A stretch of DNA of 64,000 bases from Candidatus Poribacteria bacterium (GTDB lineage: Bacteria > Poribacteria > WGA-4E > PCPOR2b), in the NCBI GenBank assembly GCA_963665285.1, contig OY762266.1:2676156-2740155 (forward strand), written 5' to 3'. Of the stretch, positions 10,755 through 19,106 are shown in pieces; the stretch's first letter is position 1, and every line of letters begins with the position of its first letter. The translations under genes and the position numbers were made by a program. A model generated the notes under the pieces. That model saw only the letters and a list, made by a program, of their open reading frames with translations, searched no databases and had not been told where the DNA came from.

Positions 10755-11513
10755 CTACTTTTCAGCCAAAACAATCATCCGCTTTGAATCCCATGTGTAC
10801 TCGCTGCCATCATAGTCGCCGAATACTTGAATCGGTGTAAGACCTGCACGGTTGAGCATTTTCGTGAACTCAGGATAGAAATACAACCGCAAAGTTATGT
10901 GAATTTCTCGCTTGCCACCGTCAGGAGCGATGTAGGTACGGCATTCTTCGTTATTCCCTGTCAGGACATTGTAATCTCGTTTAGTAAGGGCAACTGTACC
11001 ATCTGAAAGTTCGTCCCAGCTTTGAGGGCGAAAATCGCGGATAATTCGCAGAGTATTGAGGAGATCGATGAGGAACTTACCCCCCGGCTTTAACGCTCTC
11101 GCAACGGCGTCGAGGACTTTCTGATTCTCCTCGTCGTCAAAGTAGCCAAAAGCTGTGAACATATTAATGACCGCATCAAACTCACCCTCAAACGGAATCT
11201 CCCTCATATCGGAATGAACGAACTGAATCTGCAAGTTGCACGCTGCTGCCGTATCTCTCGCAAGATCGAGGAAGGTATCTGAGAGATCCTGCCCGACCAC
11301 GGAATAGCCTGCCGCTGCGAGCTCAACTGTGTGCCTACCGTGCCCGCAGCAAAGATCCAAGATCCGCGCACCCCCGGTTGCACCGGGAGCAGCTTGTGGG
11401 AGATTCAGCGTACCGTTGATGAAATCCACCTCTCTTTGGGTTCGCTCAGGCGTAAGCCCCTGTGCATACTCCTTGAGATAATGTTCATCGTAGAAGGTTT
11501 TGTACCATACCAT
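10755..11513 (-). CDS. Class I SAM-dependent methyltransferase
   Basis: Motif I ILDLCCGHGRHTVELA followed by an acidic D in QDLS. About 250 aa Methyltransf_11/25-like layout. Confidence 0.8.
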   Translation of the reverse strand: MVWYKTFYDEHYLKEYAQGLTPERTQREVDFINGTLNLPQAAPGATGGARILDLCCGHGRHTVELAAAGYSVVGQDLSDTFLDLARDTAAACNLQIQFVHSDMREIPFEGEFDAVINMFTAFGYFDDEENQKVLDAVARALKPGGKFLIDLLNTLRIIRDFRPQSWDELSDGTVALTKRDYNVLTGNNEECRTYIAPDGGKREIHITLRLYFYPEFTKMLNRAGLTPIQVFGDYDGSEYTWDSKRMIVLAEK

Positions 11514-11556
11514 GAAGATATTCTCCCTACCCCCTCCGAATGGTCTTTCAAATCGT

Positions 11557-12621
11557 TCAAGCTAGGCTTTTATGTGCAGTCTTAAGCAATGAAGCGGTCG
11601 TGTCCCAATCAATACAACTGTCGGTGACGGAAACGCCGTATTCAAGCGTGGATCGATCAAACCCTGTTAAGTCAGAAGGTATTTTCTGACTTCCAGCGTT
11701 AATATTTGATTCCAGCATAATTCCCACAATCCCATCATTTCCGTCACGAATCTGTTTTAATATCTCCTCAAAAACAATAGGTTGTTTGCTGTAATCTTTC
11801 TCCGAATTTCCGTGACTACAATCTATCACAACATTTGGAGGCAGGTCCTCTTCTGTCAGCATCCCTTGTATATCCTGAACGCTTTGTGAGTCATAATTTG
11901 CGCCCGTATTGCTTCCCCTAATCACAAGATGGGTATATGGATTACCCGTTGTGCACACAACAGACGGAGCACCATATCCATCAATTCCCAGAAAAGAGTG
12001 TTCGCCATTTGCAGATAGAATCGCGTTGACCGCGACGGAGATGTCGCCCTGAGTGCTGTTTTTGAATCCAACGGGCATTGAGAGTCCTGAAGCAAGCTGT
12101 CTGTGTTGTGGCGACTCAGTTGTTCGAGCACCAATCGCCGCCCACGAAACCAGATCAGAATTATATTGAGGCGTGAAGGTTTCAAGATATTCTGTGGCAC
12201 ACGGCAACCCTATTTCAAGATTATCCATCAATATTCTGCGTGAGATATATAAGCCATCTTTGATATCTCCTGCTCCATTTAGATGTGGATCATAGATTAA
12301 ACCTTTCCATCCCAGACTGGTGCGGGGTTTTTCAAAATAAGATCTAACTATAACAACCAAGCGATCCGAGACAGCATCTGAAACCTCTTTCAATTTTGCC
12401 CCATAGTCATGGGCAATCTCTGCATCGTGGATGGAACAGGGTCCAACAATGACGAATTTTCGTGAATCAGTGCCATCCAAGATGTTTCTGATACTTGTTC
12501 TACCATATTGAACTGCCTGCGTCATCGCATCTGTTCTTGGGAGATCTGTGAGCAACTGCCTCGGGCTCATCAAGGTTTGATAGTCTTTGACATTTCTGTC
12601 AATTGTACCGTTGGTCTGCAT
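11557..12621 (-). CDS. aroG: 3-deoxy-7-phosphoheptulonate (DAHP) synthase, class I (AroF/G/H type)
   Basis: Length and motifs of class I-alpha DAHP synthases (GPCSIHD, KPRTS.GWKGL, IGARTTESQ-like). Start ATG 12621 with an AGGAGG SD 10 nt upstream. The isozyme (Phe/Tyr/Trp-sensitive) cannot be told from sequence. Confidence 0.85.
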   Translation of the reverse strand: MQTNGTIDRNVKDYQTLMSPRQLLTDLPRTDAMTQAVQYGRTSIRNILDGTDSRKFVIVGPCSIHDAEIAHDYGAKLKEVSDAVSDRLVVIVRSYFEKPRTSLGWKGLIYDPHLNGAGDIKDGLYISRRILMDNLEIGLPCATEYLETFTPQYNSDLVSWAAIGARTTESPQHRQLASGLSMPVGFKNSTQGDISVAVNAILSANGEHSFLGIDGYGAPSVVCTTGNPYTHLVIRGSNTGANYDSQSVQDIQGMLTEEDLPPNVVIDCSHGNSEKDYSKQPIVFEEILKQIRDGNDGIVGIMLESNINAGSQKIPSDLTGFDRSTLEYGVSVTDSCIDWDTTASLLKTAHKSLA

Positions 12622-12643
12622 TATTTCGCTGCCTCCTATAGAC

Positions 12644-12684
12644 AAAAAAAACGCCCACCATCGAACCTGTTTTCGATGATGGGC
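12644..12684 (-). terminator. Strong intrinsic terminator in the aroG leader (attenuator)
   Basis: Minus-strand RNA GCCCAUCAUCGAA / UUCGAUGGUGGGC forms a 13-bp stem with one G-U, followed by 8 U. It ends 23 nt upstream of the aroG ATG. Confidence 0.75.
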
Positions 12685-12714
12685 ATCAATGAATAACCGA
12701 ATGTGGGATAATCT

Positions 12715-12840
12715 CTACATCTTCGATGCGAAGTCTACCCGCCCACCATCGCAGCACAAATACAACAAAAAGAGATAGAGATAAAGGAAGTACAGTGTTG
12801 TTTGGTATGCGATGTGGGTATGTGGGTAGAAATTATTCAT
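12715..12840 (-). CDS. Candidate Tyr/Phe-rich leader peptide of the aroG attenuator
   Basis: 41-codon ORF MNNFYPHTHIAYQTTLYFLYLYLFLLYLCCDGGRVDFASKM with 6 Tyr and 4 Phe. Codons CDGGR contain a 12-nt copy of the terminator 3' arm. There is no clear SD, which lowers confidence. Confidence 0.4.
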   Translation of the reverse strand: MNNFYPHTHIAYQTTLYFLYLYLFLLYLCCDGGRVDFASKM

Positions 12841-12925
12841 GACTATTTCTTTTAGGTGTACCAATAGCCAAGTATCCAATCACTTGACCTTATTGGAGTA
12901 TGATTTCGTTAATATATCTGCCGTA

Positions 12926-13210
12926 TTAGTCAGCCGCCTGATCCACCGGCGCGATGCCGCGCGGTGCAGGAGCACCTCTTAGTAAACCCTCCGTGCTTAA
13001 ATCTTCATCAATGTCTGGCCAATGAATCCCACAGCCACCGCCGCATATCTGCCAATTTGCCCGTTGCCCTGGCGTCGCATGAAGGAGTTTAGGATACCAT
13101 ACCAACGGCACGATAATGGTACGTCCATCAATGAGGTTAACGCTTAAGGTGTCTTCAGTGACGTGTACATCTTTGACACCTTCACCCGGTTTAATGTCCG
13201 AAGTAGTCAT
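12926..13210 (-). CDS. DUF2442 domain protein
   Basis: 94 aa. The pattern ...V.V.L.DGR.I.VPL.WYP.L..A....R..W...G.G..I.WPDIDEDLS.EGLL is typical of DUF2442. Sits in the usual pairing downstream of a DUF4160 gene. Confidence 0.75.
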   Translation of the reverse strand: MTTSDIKPGEGVKDVHVTEDTLSVNLIDGRTIIVPLVWYPKLLHATPGQRANWQICGGGCGIHWPDIDEDLSTEGLLRGAPAPRGIAPVDQAAD

Positions 13211-13427
13211 GCCACGCCTCTAAAAGTTCTTGTTCATGTTCAGCTATTATCCGTTCTATTCTGCGGAGCTCTCTTGAGCTGAAGCTAAGATTGCGGGCGA
13301 AGCGAACAGGTTTAAGCCAGAACTTGGCTGAATTGGCATCACGAACCTAATGAACATGTGGTGGTTCATTAGGTTCGTGACTCCAGAAGTATATGCGATA
13401 CGGACCAATCCTCAGAGCAGTTGGCAT
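13191..13427 (-). pseudogene. DUF4160 family gene interrupted by an in-frame TAG
   Basis: Translates as MPTALRIGPYRIYFWSHEPNEPPHVH*VRDANSAKFWLKPVRFARNLSFSSRELRRIERIIAEHEQELLEAWHDYFGH, a single frame with TAG at 13347-13349. Overlaps the DUF2442 start by 20 nt. Missed by the ORF track because both halves are under 60 aa. Confidence 0.75.
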
Positions 13428-13503
13428 CGTTCAAAGCCTCGTCTGAATAACAAACGGTTATATCTTAACAAACCGATTGACAAGATGTCAAGATAATTTT
13501 CTG

Positions 13504-13532
13504 TTGACAACCCTTTTTCTGGGTGTTATAGT
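13504..13532 (+). promoter_or_regulatory. Sigma-70-like promoter for the 13623 gene
   Basis: TTGACA (13504-13509), a 17-nt spacer, then TATAGT (13527-13532). An upstream palindrome TTGACAAGATGTCAA (13477-13491) could be an operator. Confidence 0.5.
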
Positions 13533-13622
13533 TAAATTTGGAGCGTGGGTAACACAGATTAAGCAAGATTCTAAGGATTAAAGCATCAGAAGAATCCAAC
13601 AATCCCGATAAAGGAGTTTTCG

Positions 13623-15038
13623 TTGAACGCTGAAGAAAAGTGTCTATTTCTCAACAGTCAGATTCCCAAAGGGGGACTCTTCACCGGTGAGCAGAAGACC
13701 GTTCACCCCGATAGCAATGTAACGTGGCGGATTTCGCCGGAGCCATTTTGGATTCTTCAAGAACACTTGGACTGGCTTGAGGAACTTGGACCGCATCTAT
13801 TGCGGTTCTACAAAGCCTGTAACCTGCTCTATTCGCAGAGCGTACGTGGTATTCAGCCGGATTGGGTTGCAGCATACCTTGATCAGGGGAAGCCTGAGTC
13901 TGTGATAGAACTCGGACGGATGAATCGGTTCAAGAGTCAACTTCCGCAAGTTATTCGTCCTGACATTCTGCCGACTCCCGACGGCTTTACCATCACCGAA
14001 TTGGATTCTGTCCCCGGCGGTATGGGATTTACGGGCAGCCTATCAACCCAATACGCCAAACTCGACTACGACATCATTGGCGGCAGCAATGGGATGCAAC
14101 TCGCTTTTGCGGAGATGGTCAGGTCGCTAGCGAAGGTTGAACAACCAACAGTAGCGATTGTCGTATCCGATGAATCAGCGGATTATTGGGACGAGATGAA
14201 GTGGCTAGAATCGGCACTGCGAGAGGTAGGTTTGGCTGCCTACACAGTCAAACCCCGCGACGTGATTTTCACGGAAGACGCGCTGTTCCTTGAATCGGAG
14301 GAGGGAAGAACCCAGATTGATGTTCTTTACCGCTTCTTTGAATTGTTTGATCTGAAGAACATCCCCAAAGCAGAGTTGATGCTCTACGGTGCCAAAAGGC
14401 GAACCGTAGTGATGACCCCACCGCCGAAGACATACCTTGAAGAAAAGCTGCTGTTTGCCCTGTTTCATCATCCAGCTCTCCAACCTTTCTGGAAAAGAGA
14501 GCTTGGCAAGAAAACCTACCAATTTCTACCGAGCATCATCCCACAGACATGGCTGCTCGATCCGCGCGAACTACCACCACATGCCGTCATTCCAGACCTT
14601 GAGATCGATGGACTTCCTGTCACAAACTGGCGGCAAATCATCCCTGTCTCGCAACGTCAGCGTGAACTGGTCCTCAAGCCCTCAGGATTCTCCGAATTGG
14701 CATGGGGCAGTCGTGGGGTTTCAATCGGACATGATCTCCCCACCGAAGATTGGGAACATGTAGTGGAAAACGCGCTGATCGACTTTGGTCAAACCCCCTA
14801 TGTCCTGCAAAAATTCCATAGAGCAGAACGCCTCACCATGACCTACTACGATTTCGAGCAGCGCGAAGTTCAAAGAATGCCGGGGCGAGCGATAATCCGT
14901 CCCTACTACTTCACAATGGGCGACAAGGTACGCCTCGCTGGGATTCAAGCGACCGTCTGCCCCGAAGACAAAAAAATCCTGCACGGAATGGTCGATTCGA
15001 TTATCGCACCGTGCGCGGTTAAACCTGAGACATGGTGA
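13623..15038 (+). CDS. Hypothetical protein, possibly ATP-grasp-like (glutathionylspermidine-synthase or circularly permuted ATP-grasp type)
   Basis: TTG start with an AAAGGAG SD. The segment RPDILPTPDGFTITELDSVPGGMGF resembles the nucleotide-binding strand of ATP-grasp ligases. The assignment is weak. Confidence 0.3.
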   Translation: MNAEEKCLFLNSQIPKGGLFTGEQKTVHPDSNVTWRISPEPFWILQEHLDWLEELGPHLLRFYKACNLLYSQSVRGIQPDWVAAYLDQGKPESVIELGRMNRFKSQLPQVIRPDILPTPDGFTITELDSVPGGMGFTGSLSTQYAKLDYDIIGGSNGMQLAFAEMVRSLAKVEQPTVAIVVSDESADYWDEMKWLESALREVGLAAYTVKPRDVIFTEDALFLESEEGRTQIDVLYRFFELFDLKNIPKAELMLYGAKRRTVVMTPPPKTYLEEKLLFALFHHPALQPFWKRELGKKTYQFLPSIIPQTWLLDPRELPPHAVIPDLEIDGLPVTNWRQIIPVSQRQRELVLKPSGFSELAWGSRGVSIGHDLPTEDWEHVVENALIDFGQTPYVLQKFHRAERLTMTYYDFEQREVQRMPGRAIIRPYYFTMGDKVRLAGIQATVCPEDKKILHGMVDSIIAPCAVKPETW

Positions 15039-15062
15039 CATAACTGCTTTTGGTAACGGCTG

Positions 15063-16028
15063 TCACTCTCTGCGATAAGGTAGGGCAAGCGCGGCGGGTG
15101 GTCTAGCTTGTCCGACAAATCCAGCTAGCACAAGAAGTGTCAAAACATACGGCAGCATCAGGAAGAATTGGTAGGGAATAAATCCGAGGTCTGCGATTGC
15201 TTGCAAACGATCAGGCAGGGCATTGGCAAGCCCAAACAGGAGTGCCGCACCACACGCCTTGACCGGATGCCACTTCCCAAAGATGACTATCGAGAGTGCG
15301 ATAAAGCCACGACCGGCAGTCATCTCCGTGCTGAAGAACGGCACGTCCACCAACGAGAGATACCCACCGGCAAGTCCTGCCGTGAACCCACCGAAAAGGA
15401 CACATTTCGCCTGTAACCGAAGTACACTGACACCAACCGTATCTGCTGCCTTGGGGTGTTCACCACAGGCTTGGATAGCGAGACCGTGATGGGTGTGGAA
15501 CAGATAAAAATAGACAGCGGGAACAGCGAGAAATGTTATGTAGACGAGGAGATTTTGCTGAAATAGGATGGGACCCATAAAGGGAATGCTCGACAACAGC
15601 GGAATATGAAGCGGTTGGAAGATTGCCACCTTCAGTGCGTCCCCGGTTGCGCCAAAGATGCGGCGGTACAGCACCTCGACAAGTCCGAATGCCAAGAGGT
15701 TGATACCGGTGCCGGTCACAACCTGATCGGTCTTCAGCCGCAGTACCAAGGTCGCAAAGATGCTGGCTAAGATCACGCCACTCAATCCACCAAACAGAAT
15801 ACCGAGCCACGGTGCAAGCCCAGGGTTCATGCCTTGGATGTAGAATGAACCGAGCCAACCGGTAAACGCCCCCAGAATCATCATACCTTCCAACCCGATA
15901 TTGATGACCCCAGCGCGTTCAGCGATAATCTCTCCGAGGGCGACAAGTAGGAGTGGCGTTGCGTAGCGAACTGTTGCTTCGAGAATATATTCAATCATTT
16001 CGCGAAAAACTTCCTTTAGGGTCGGCAA
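15063..16028 (-). CDS. ABC transporter permease (simple-sugar/nucleoside, BMP-family type)
   Basis: Multi-TM protein with ATPLLLVALGEIIAERAGVINIGLEGMM, the signature N-terminus of RbsC/YufQ-like permeases. No ATPase or binding protein is adjacent. The start is TTG 16028 or ATG 15998. Confidence 0.75.
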   Translation of the reverse strand: MPTLKEVFREMIEYILEATVRYATPLLLVALGEIIAERAGVINIGLEGMMILGAFTGWLGSFYIQGMNPGLAPWLGILFGGLSGVILASIFATLVLRLKTDQVVTGTGINLLAFGLVEVLYRRIFGATGDALKVAIFQPLHIPLLSSIPFMGPILFQQNLLVYITFLAVPAVYFYLFHTHHGLAIQACGEHPKAADTVGVSVLRLQAKCVLFGGFTAGLAGGYLSLVDVPFFSTEMTAGRGFIALSIVIFGKWHPVKACGAALLFGLANALPDRLQAIADLGFIPYQFFLMLPYVLTLLVLAGFVGQARPPAALALPYRRE

Positions 16029-16031
16029 GAA

Positions 16032-17273
16032 CTACGATTGCAGAGAGAGCGCTTTGTCGATTTCCGCTTGATATTCGTAAACCTCGCAGTTCTCCACCTC
16101 GCTTATCCGTAAAGCACGTCCAACTCTGGAAGACTCAAATATCGCGTAGAGGGCTGCCACGTCCTTCAATCCACAGACCCCATCGACCTCAATCTCTCGT
16201 CCATTGAGAACCGCTTCCGCCAGTTCATAATATTCGAGTGCGATGAGTTTCCAGTCCACCGCGGGGTCTCCAGCCGAAACGCCCGATGGAAAGAGATATT
16301 TCGCGAGCGGTTCTAGGGAGAAATCGTCTACGGATGCAAGGATCTCCTCTTGATTCATCCCTTCCTGCCCCTTCTGCTGCATACTGATCTTGCCGCCACG
16401 TGTCCCAAAACCATTAATGCTCCCCCCATCGCCGAAGATGATCTCACCGCCAGAACTGCCGTGCCCACTAAGACCGACCAGCCAGTTCACAGTCGCCCCG
16501 TTCCCCATTCTGAACATCGCCAGCGAAGTGTCCTCTGCTGTCGCCGGAACTTCCGCGTCCATCGCCCGGTGCCGATTCTGGTAGAAGGTGTAAGTATCGC
16601 CGATGCTGTCGGGCTTTCGTCTCACCGGTTCAACCAACCGCACATCTCCGTAGACTTCCGCTATATCGCCGAGTTGATACCGGATCATGTGGGTAAAGTG
16701 AACCGCCATGTCGAGGATTGCGCCGCCACGTTCCTTAAGATGCCGCCAAGGGGTGATGAAGATGCTGTTACCCGGACCGAGCGCATGGAACAATGCCATA
16801 TAAGGTGTCCCTATCGCGCCTGTCTCCAACAGATAGCGGACGAGTCGAGCGGAGGGATCTCGTCGGAAATTCTCCGCCACCGACAGATGACGGTTATTTC
16901 GCTCTGCAGCTGCAATCATCTGCCGACACGCCTTTACCGTGATTGCCATCGGTTTTTCCACCATTACATGGAGTCCCAAGTCTAATGCTTGACACACAAC
17001 GTTATGATGCACCGACGGATCTGTTACCACGTCTACGGCGGCCAAGTCGGGCACAGTGCGAGCCATCTCCTCCAAGTCGGTGAAAATCTCTGGACGGACG
17101 CCCATCAATTTCTCCGCTTCCAGAGCGGCAAGCCCGGCATTCTCTCGGCGAATGTCACACACAGCACAGAGTTCAACGTTGGAGAAAGGACTGTGCACCA
17201 ACTCCCGCAAACCGTACAGATGGCGCGTCCCCATCCCGCCGCAGCCTACTAGCCCAAGCCTAATTTTGTCCAT
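16032..17273 (-). CDS. Gfo/Idh/MocA family oxidoreductase
   Basis: N-terminal Rossmann IRLGLVGCGGMG and EKPMA motif. GGAGG SD. Confidence 0.85.
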   Translation of the reverse strand: MDKIRLGLVGCGGMGTRHLYGLRELVHSPFSNVELCAVCDIRRENAGLAALEAEKLMGVRPEIFTDLEEMARTVPDLAAVDVVTDPSVHHNVVCQALDLGLHVMVEKPMAITVKACRQMIAAAERNNRHLSVAENFRRDPSARLVRYLLETGAIGTPYMALFHALGPGNSIFITPWRHLKERGGAILDMAVHFTHMIRYQLGDIAEVYGDVRLVEPVRRKPDSIGDTYTFYQNRHRAMDAEVPATAEDTSLAMFRMGNGATVNWLVGLSGHGSSGGEIIFGDGGSINGFGTRGGKISMQQKGQEGMNQEEILASVDDFSLEPLAKYLFPSGVSAGDPAVDWKLIALEYYELAEAVLNGREIEVDGVCGLKDVAALYAIFESSRVGRALRISEVENCEVYEYQAEIDKALSLQS

Positions 17274-17287
17274 ATTGCCTCCGCCAT

Positions 17288-17809
17288 CTACGGGGTATAA
17301 TTTGCCAGATCCGGTTCAATAGCCAACCCCTGCTCCAGATCGAAATCGACTTCGACGGAGTGCGCGTGATAGTCCTGATCGCCACGAACCGTTTGGTAGA
17401 CATCGTCCCCCTCCACACAGACAGGCATGGTATGCCAGACCTTGAGCCCCAAACAGACCCCCGTGCTCCCATCCGAATAGAAGGCGCGTACATCTTCAGC
17501 CTCTAGCGTGTCCTTCACAGGACCGACCAGAAACACTGTTGGCTGGTGCAGGCTTGGATAGAACGCCTGACCCGCGTCGGTGTGAAAGGCGAAGTGCGCC
17601 CGTTGCGGTCCTTCGGAGAGTGGCGTTTTTTCGAGTTCCGCGTTCGCTGATGCCTCAGAAAGAGCAGCGGTCACAGGATATGCAGCTGATCTCAGCCCCC
17701 CTTTTGCTATCTCCGGTTTGGCTTCCTCAAATGTTTCAATGACCTCCCCGAACGGTGCGAAGGCTTCGGGGGTCAGCGGTTCAATTTTGACTTTGAAGCT
17801 TTTCCACAT
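17288..17809 (-). CDS. Ureidoglycolate lyase/hydrolase-family protein
   Basis: N-terminus KIEPLTPEAFAPFGEVIE and its size match the AllA-like cupin family. Confidence 0.6.
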   Translation of the reverse strand: MWKSFKVKIEPLTPEAFAPFGEVIETFEEAKPEIAKGGLRSAAYPVTAALSEASANAELEKTPLSEGPQRAHFAFHTDAGQAFYPSLHQPTVFLVGPVKDTLEAEDVRAFYSDGSTGVCLGLKVWHTMPVCVEGDDVYQTVRGDQDYHAHSVEVDFDLEQGLAIEPDLANYTP

Positions 17810-17991
17810 AGTTCTAACCCTCCTCTCTTGTATAATGTGTCAGTCGAGTGTCCAAAATCGACATGAACTATTTCAATTCATGGTGCCAGGTTTCCTAACC
17901 TGTCTAACAGATTGAAAATCCGTTCACAAAAAGTCGTGTCCACAAGTCCAAATGGTATAATACGAATTTGCCTTCACACAGAGCGCAGGAA

Positions 17992-19068
17992 TCAATACAG
18001 GTCAGGTTTTGCAGCTTTTATACGATTAACAACACTATAGGCTTCTGCGCTCTTACTAATTGCGAGTGAGCGACCTGCCGTTTTCTTTGCTTCTGCCCAT
18101 CTCCCTAGGTCACACAACGCCGCCGCCCGTGAGGTTAACAGTACCGGATACGGTAAACTTTTATAATCATCTGTTTCGTCAAGTGCTTTCTGAGCAAATC
18201 CCCTAGCGCGCAATGTCGCGCATAGTATAGCTAAGGCTGGTTCGTTAGAAGGTTTCAGTTTAAGAATACGTCGAGCCAGTTTCTCTGATCTGCTATATTG
18301 CAACCAATCCCTAGCGTTGACAGCACGTTTAATTAGAAGGTGGACATCAGCTACGTTTTTGTCTGCTTCTTCAAGGACATCAGATAAACGGTTGTTGAGT
18401 TTTGCAATAATCGCGCTTGGCGGACTCAAGAAAGTTGTCGCTTCATGCCATGCGCTGCCATTCCACATGTAGCTTTTCCCCTCCAATTCAACCGTCATTG
18501 TATCGGTTCTATGAGGTTTTGATGTTTGATCAAAAATTACGGCTTCCTGAGATTGAAACAAAGTCAAAGGAGTCACTTGAACTTCCTCTTCTTCATAGAT
18601 AGTATCAATAACTAAATTCTCGTGATTCGCCGCGCGTCTTGATAATTGATCTGCGCGCTCATTACCGGGATTGCCATCATGACCTTTCACCCAAACAAAC
18701 TCAACCTCATGTTGCTGACACAATTTTAATAATTGCTTCCATAAGTCGGTATTAGGAACTTCGTTTTCCTTCCGTTTCCAACCATTTTCTTTCCATCTGT
18801 ACACCCATCCCTGTGATACGCTATCAACTAAGTATTTTGAATCCGAGTATATTGTTACTGCACACTCGGTTTTGAGAGCTTCCAATGCAGCTATAGCAGC
18901 CCAAATTTCCATGCGATTACTGGTTGTAAGCCGAAACCCCTCAGACAGCTCCCTTTTATGTTTGCCGTATAGAAGGACAACTCCGTAGCCCCCAGGTCCC
19001 GGATTATTGCTACAAGCCCCGTCTGTGTACGCGATAACTTTTTTGAATTCACTGTTTTTGGCTGCCAT
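17992..19068 (-). CDS. rnhA: Ribonuclease HI fused to a ~200-aa C-terminal helical (TPR-like) domain
   Basis: Residues about 8-150 carry YTDGACSNNPGPGGYG, TSNRMEIWAAI, GHDGNPGNERADQLS (the RNase HI DEDD core). The remaining ~200 aa have no recognised motif. Confidence 0.8.
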   Translation of the reverse strand: MAAKNSEFKKVIAYTDGACSNNPGPGGYGVVLLYGKHKRELSEGFRLTTSNRMEIWAAIAALEALKTECAVTIYSDSKYLVDSVSQGWVYRWKENGWKRKENEVPNTDLWKQLLKLCQQHEVEFVWVKGHDGNPGNERADQLSRRAANHENLVIDTIYEEEEVQVTPLTLFQSQEAVIFDQTSKPHRTDTMTVELEGKSYMWNGSAWHEATTFLSPPSAIIAKLNNRLSDVLEEADKNVADVHLLIKRAVNARDWLQYSRSEKLARRILKLKPSNEPALAILCATLRARGFAQKALDETDDYKSLPYPVLLTSRAAALCDLGRWAEAKKTAGRSLAISKSAEAYSVVNRIKAAKPDLY

Positions 19069-19106
19069 GATTTAGTCTATTCTCCCAGCCCAATAAATGC
19101 GTTAAC

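Noticed and set aside
15063-16028. Solitary ABC permease as a sign of a broken transporter operon
   Set aside because: The gene itself looks intact and is tightly linked (3-nt gap) to a Gfo/Idh/MocA gene. Its partner ATPase and binding-protein genes may lie elsewhere in the genome. There is no evidence of decay in this window.
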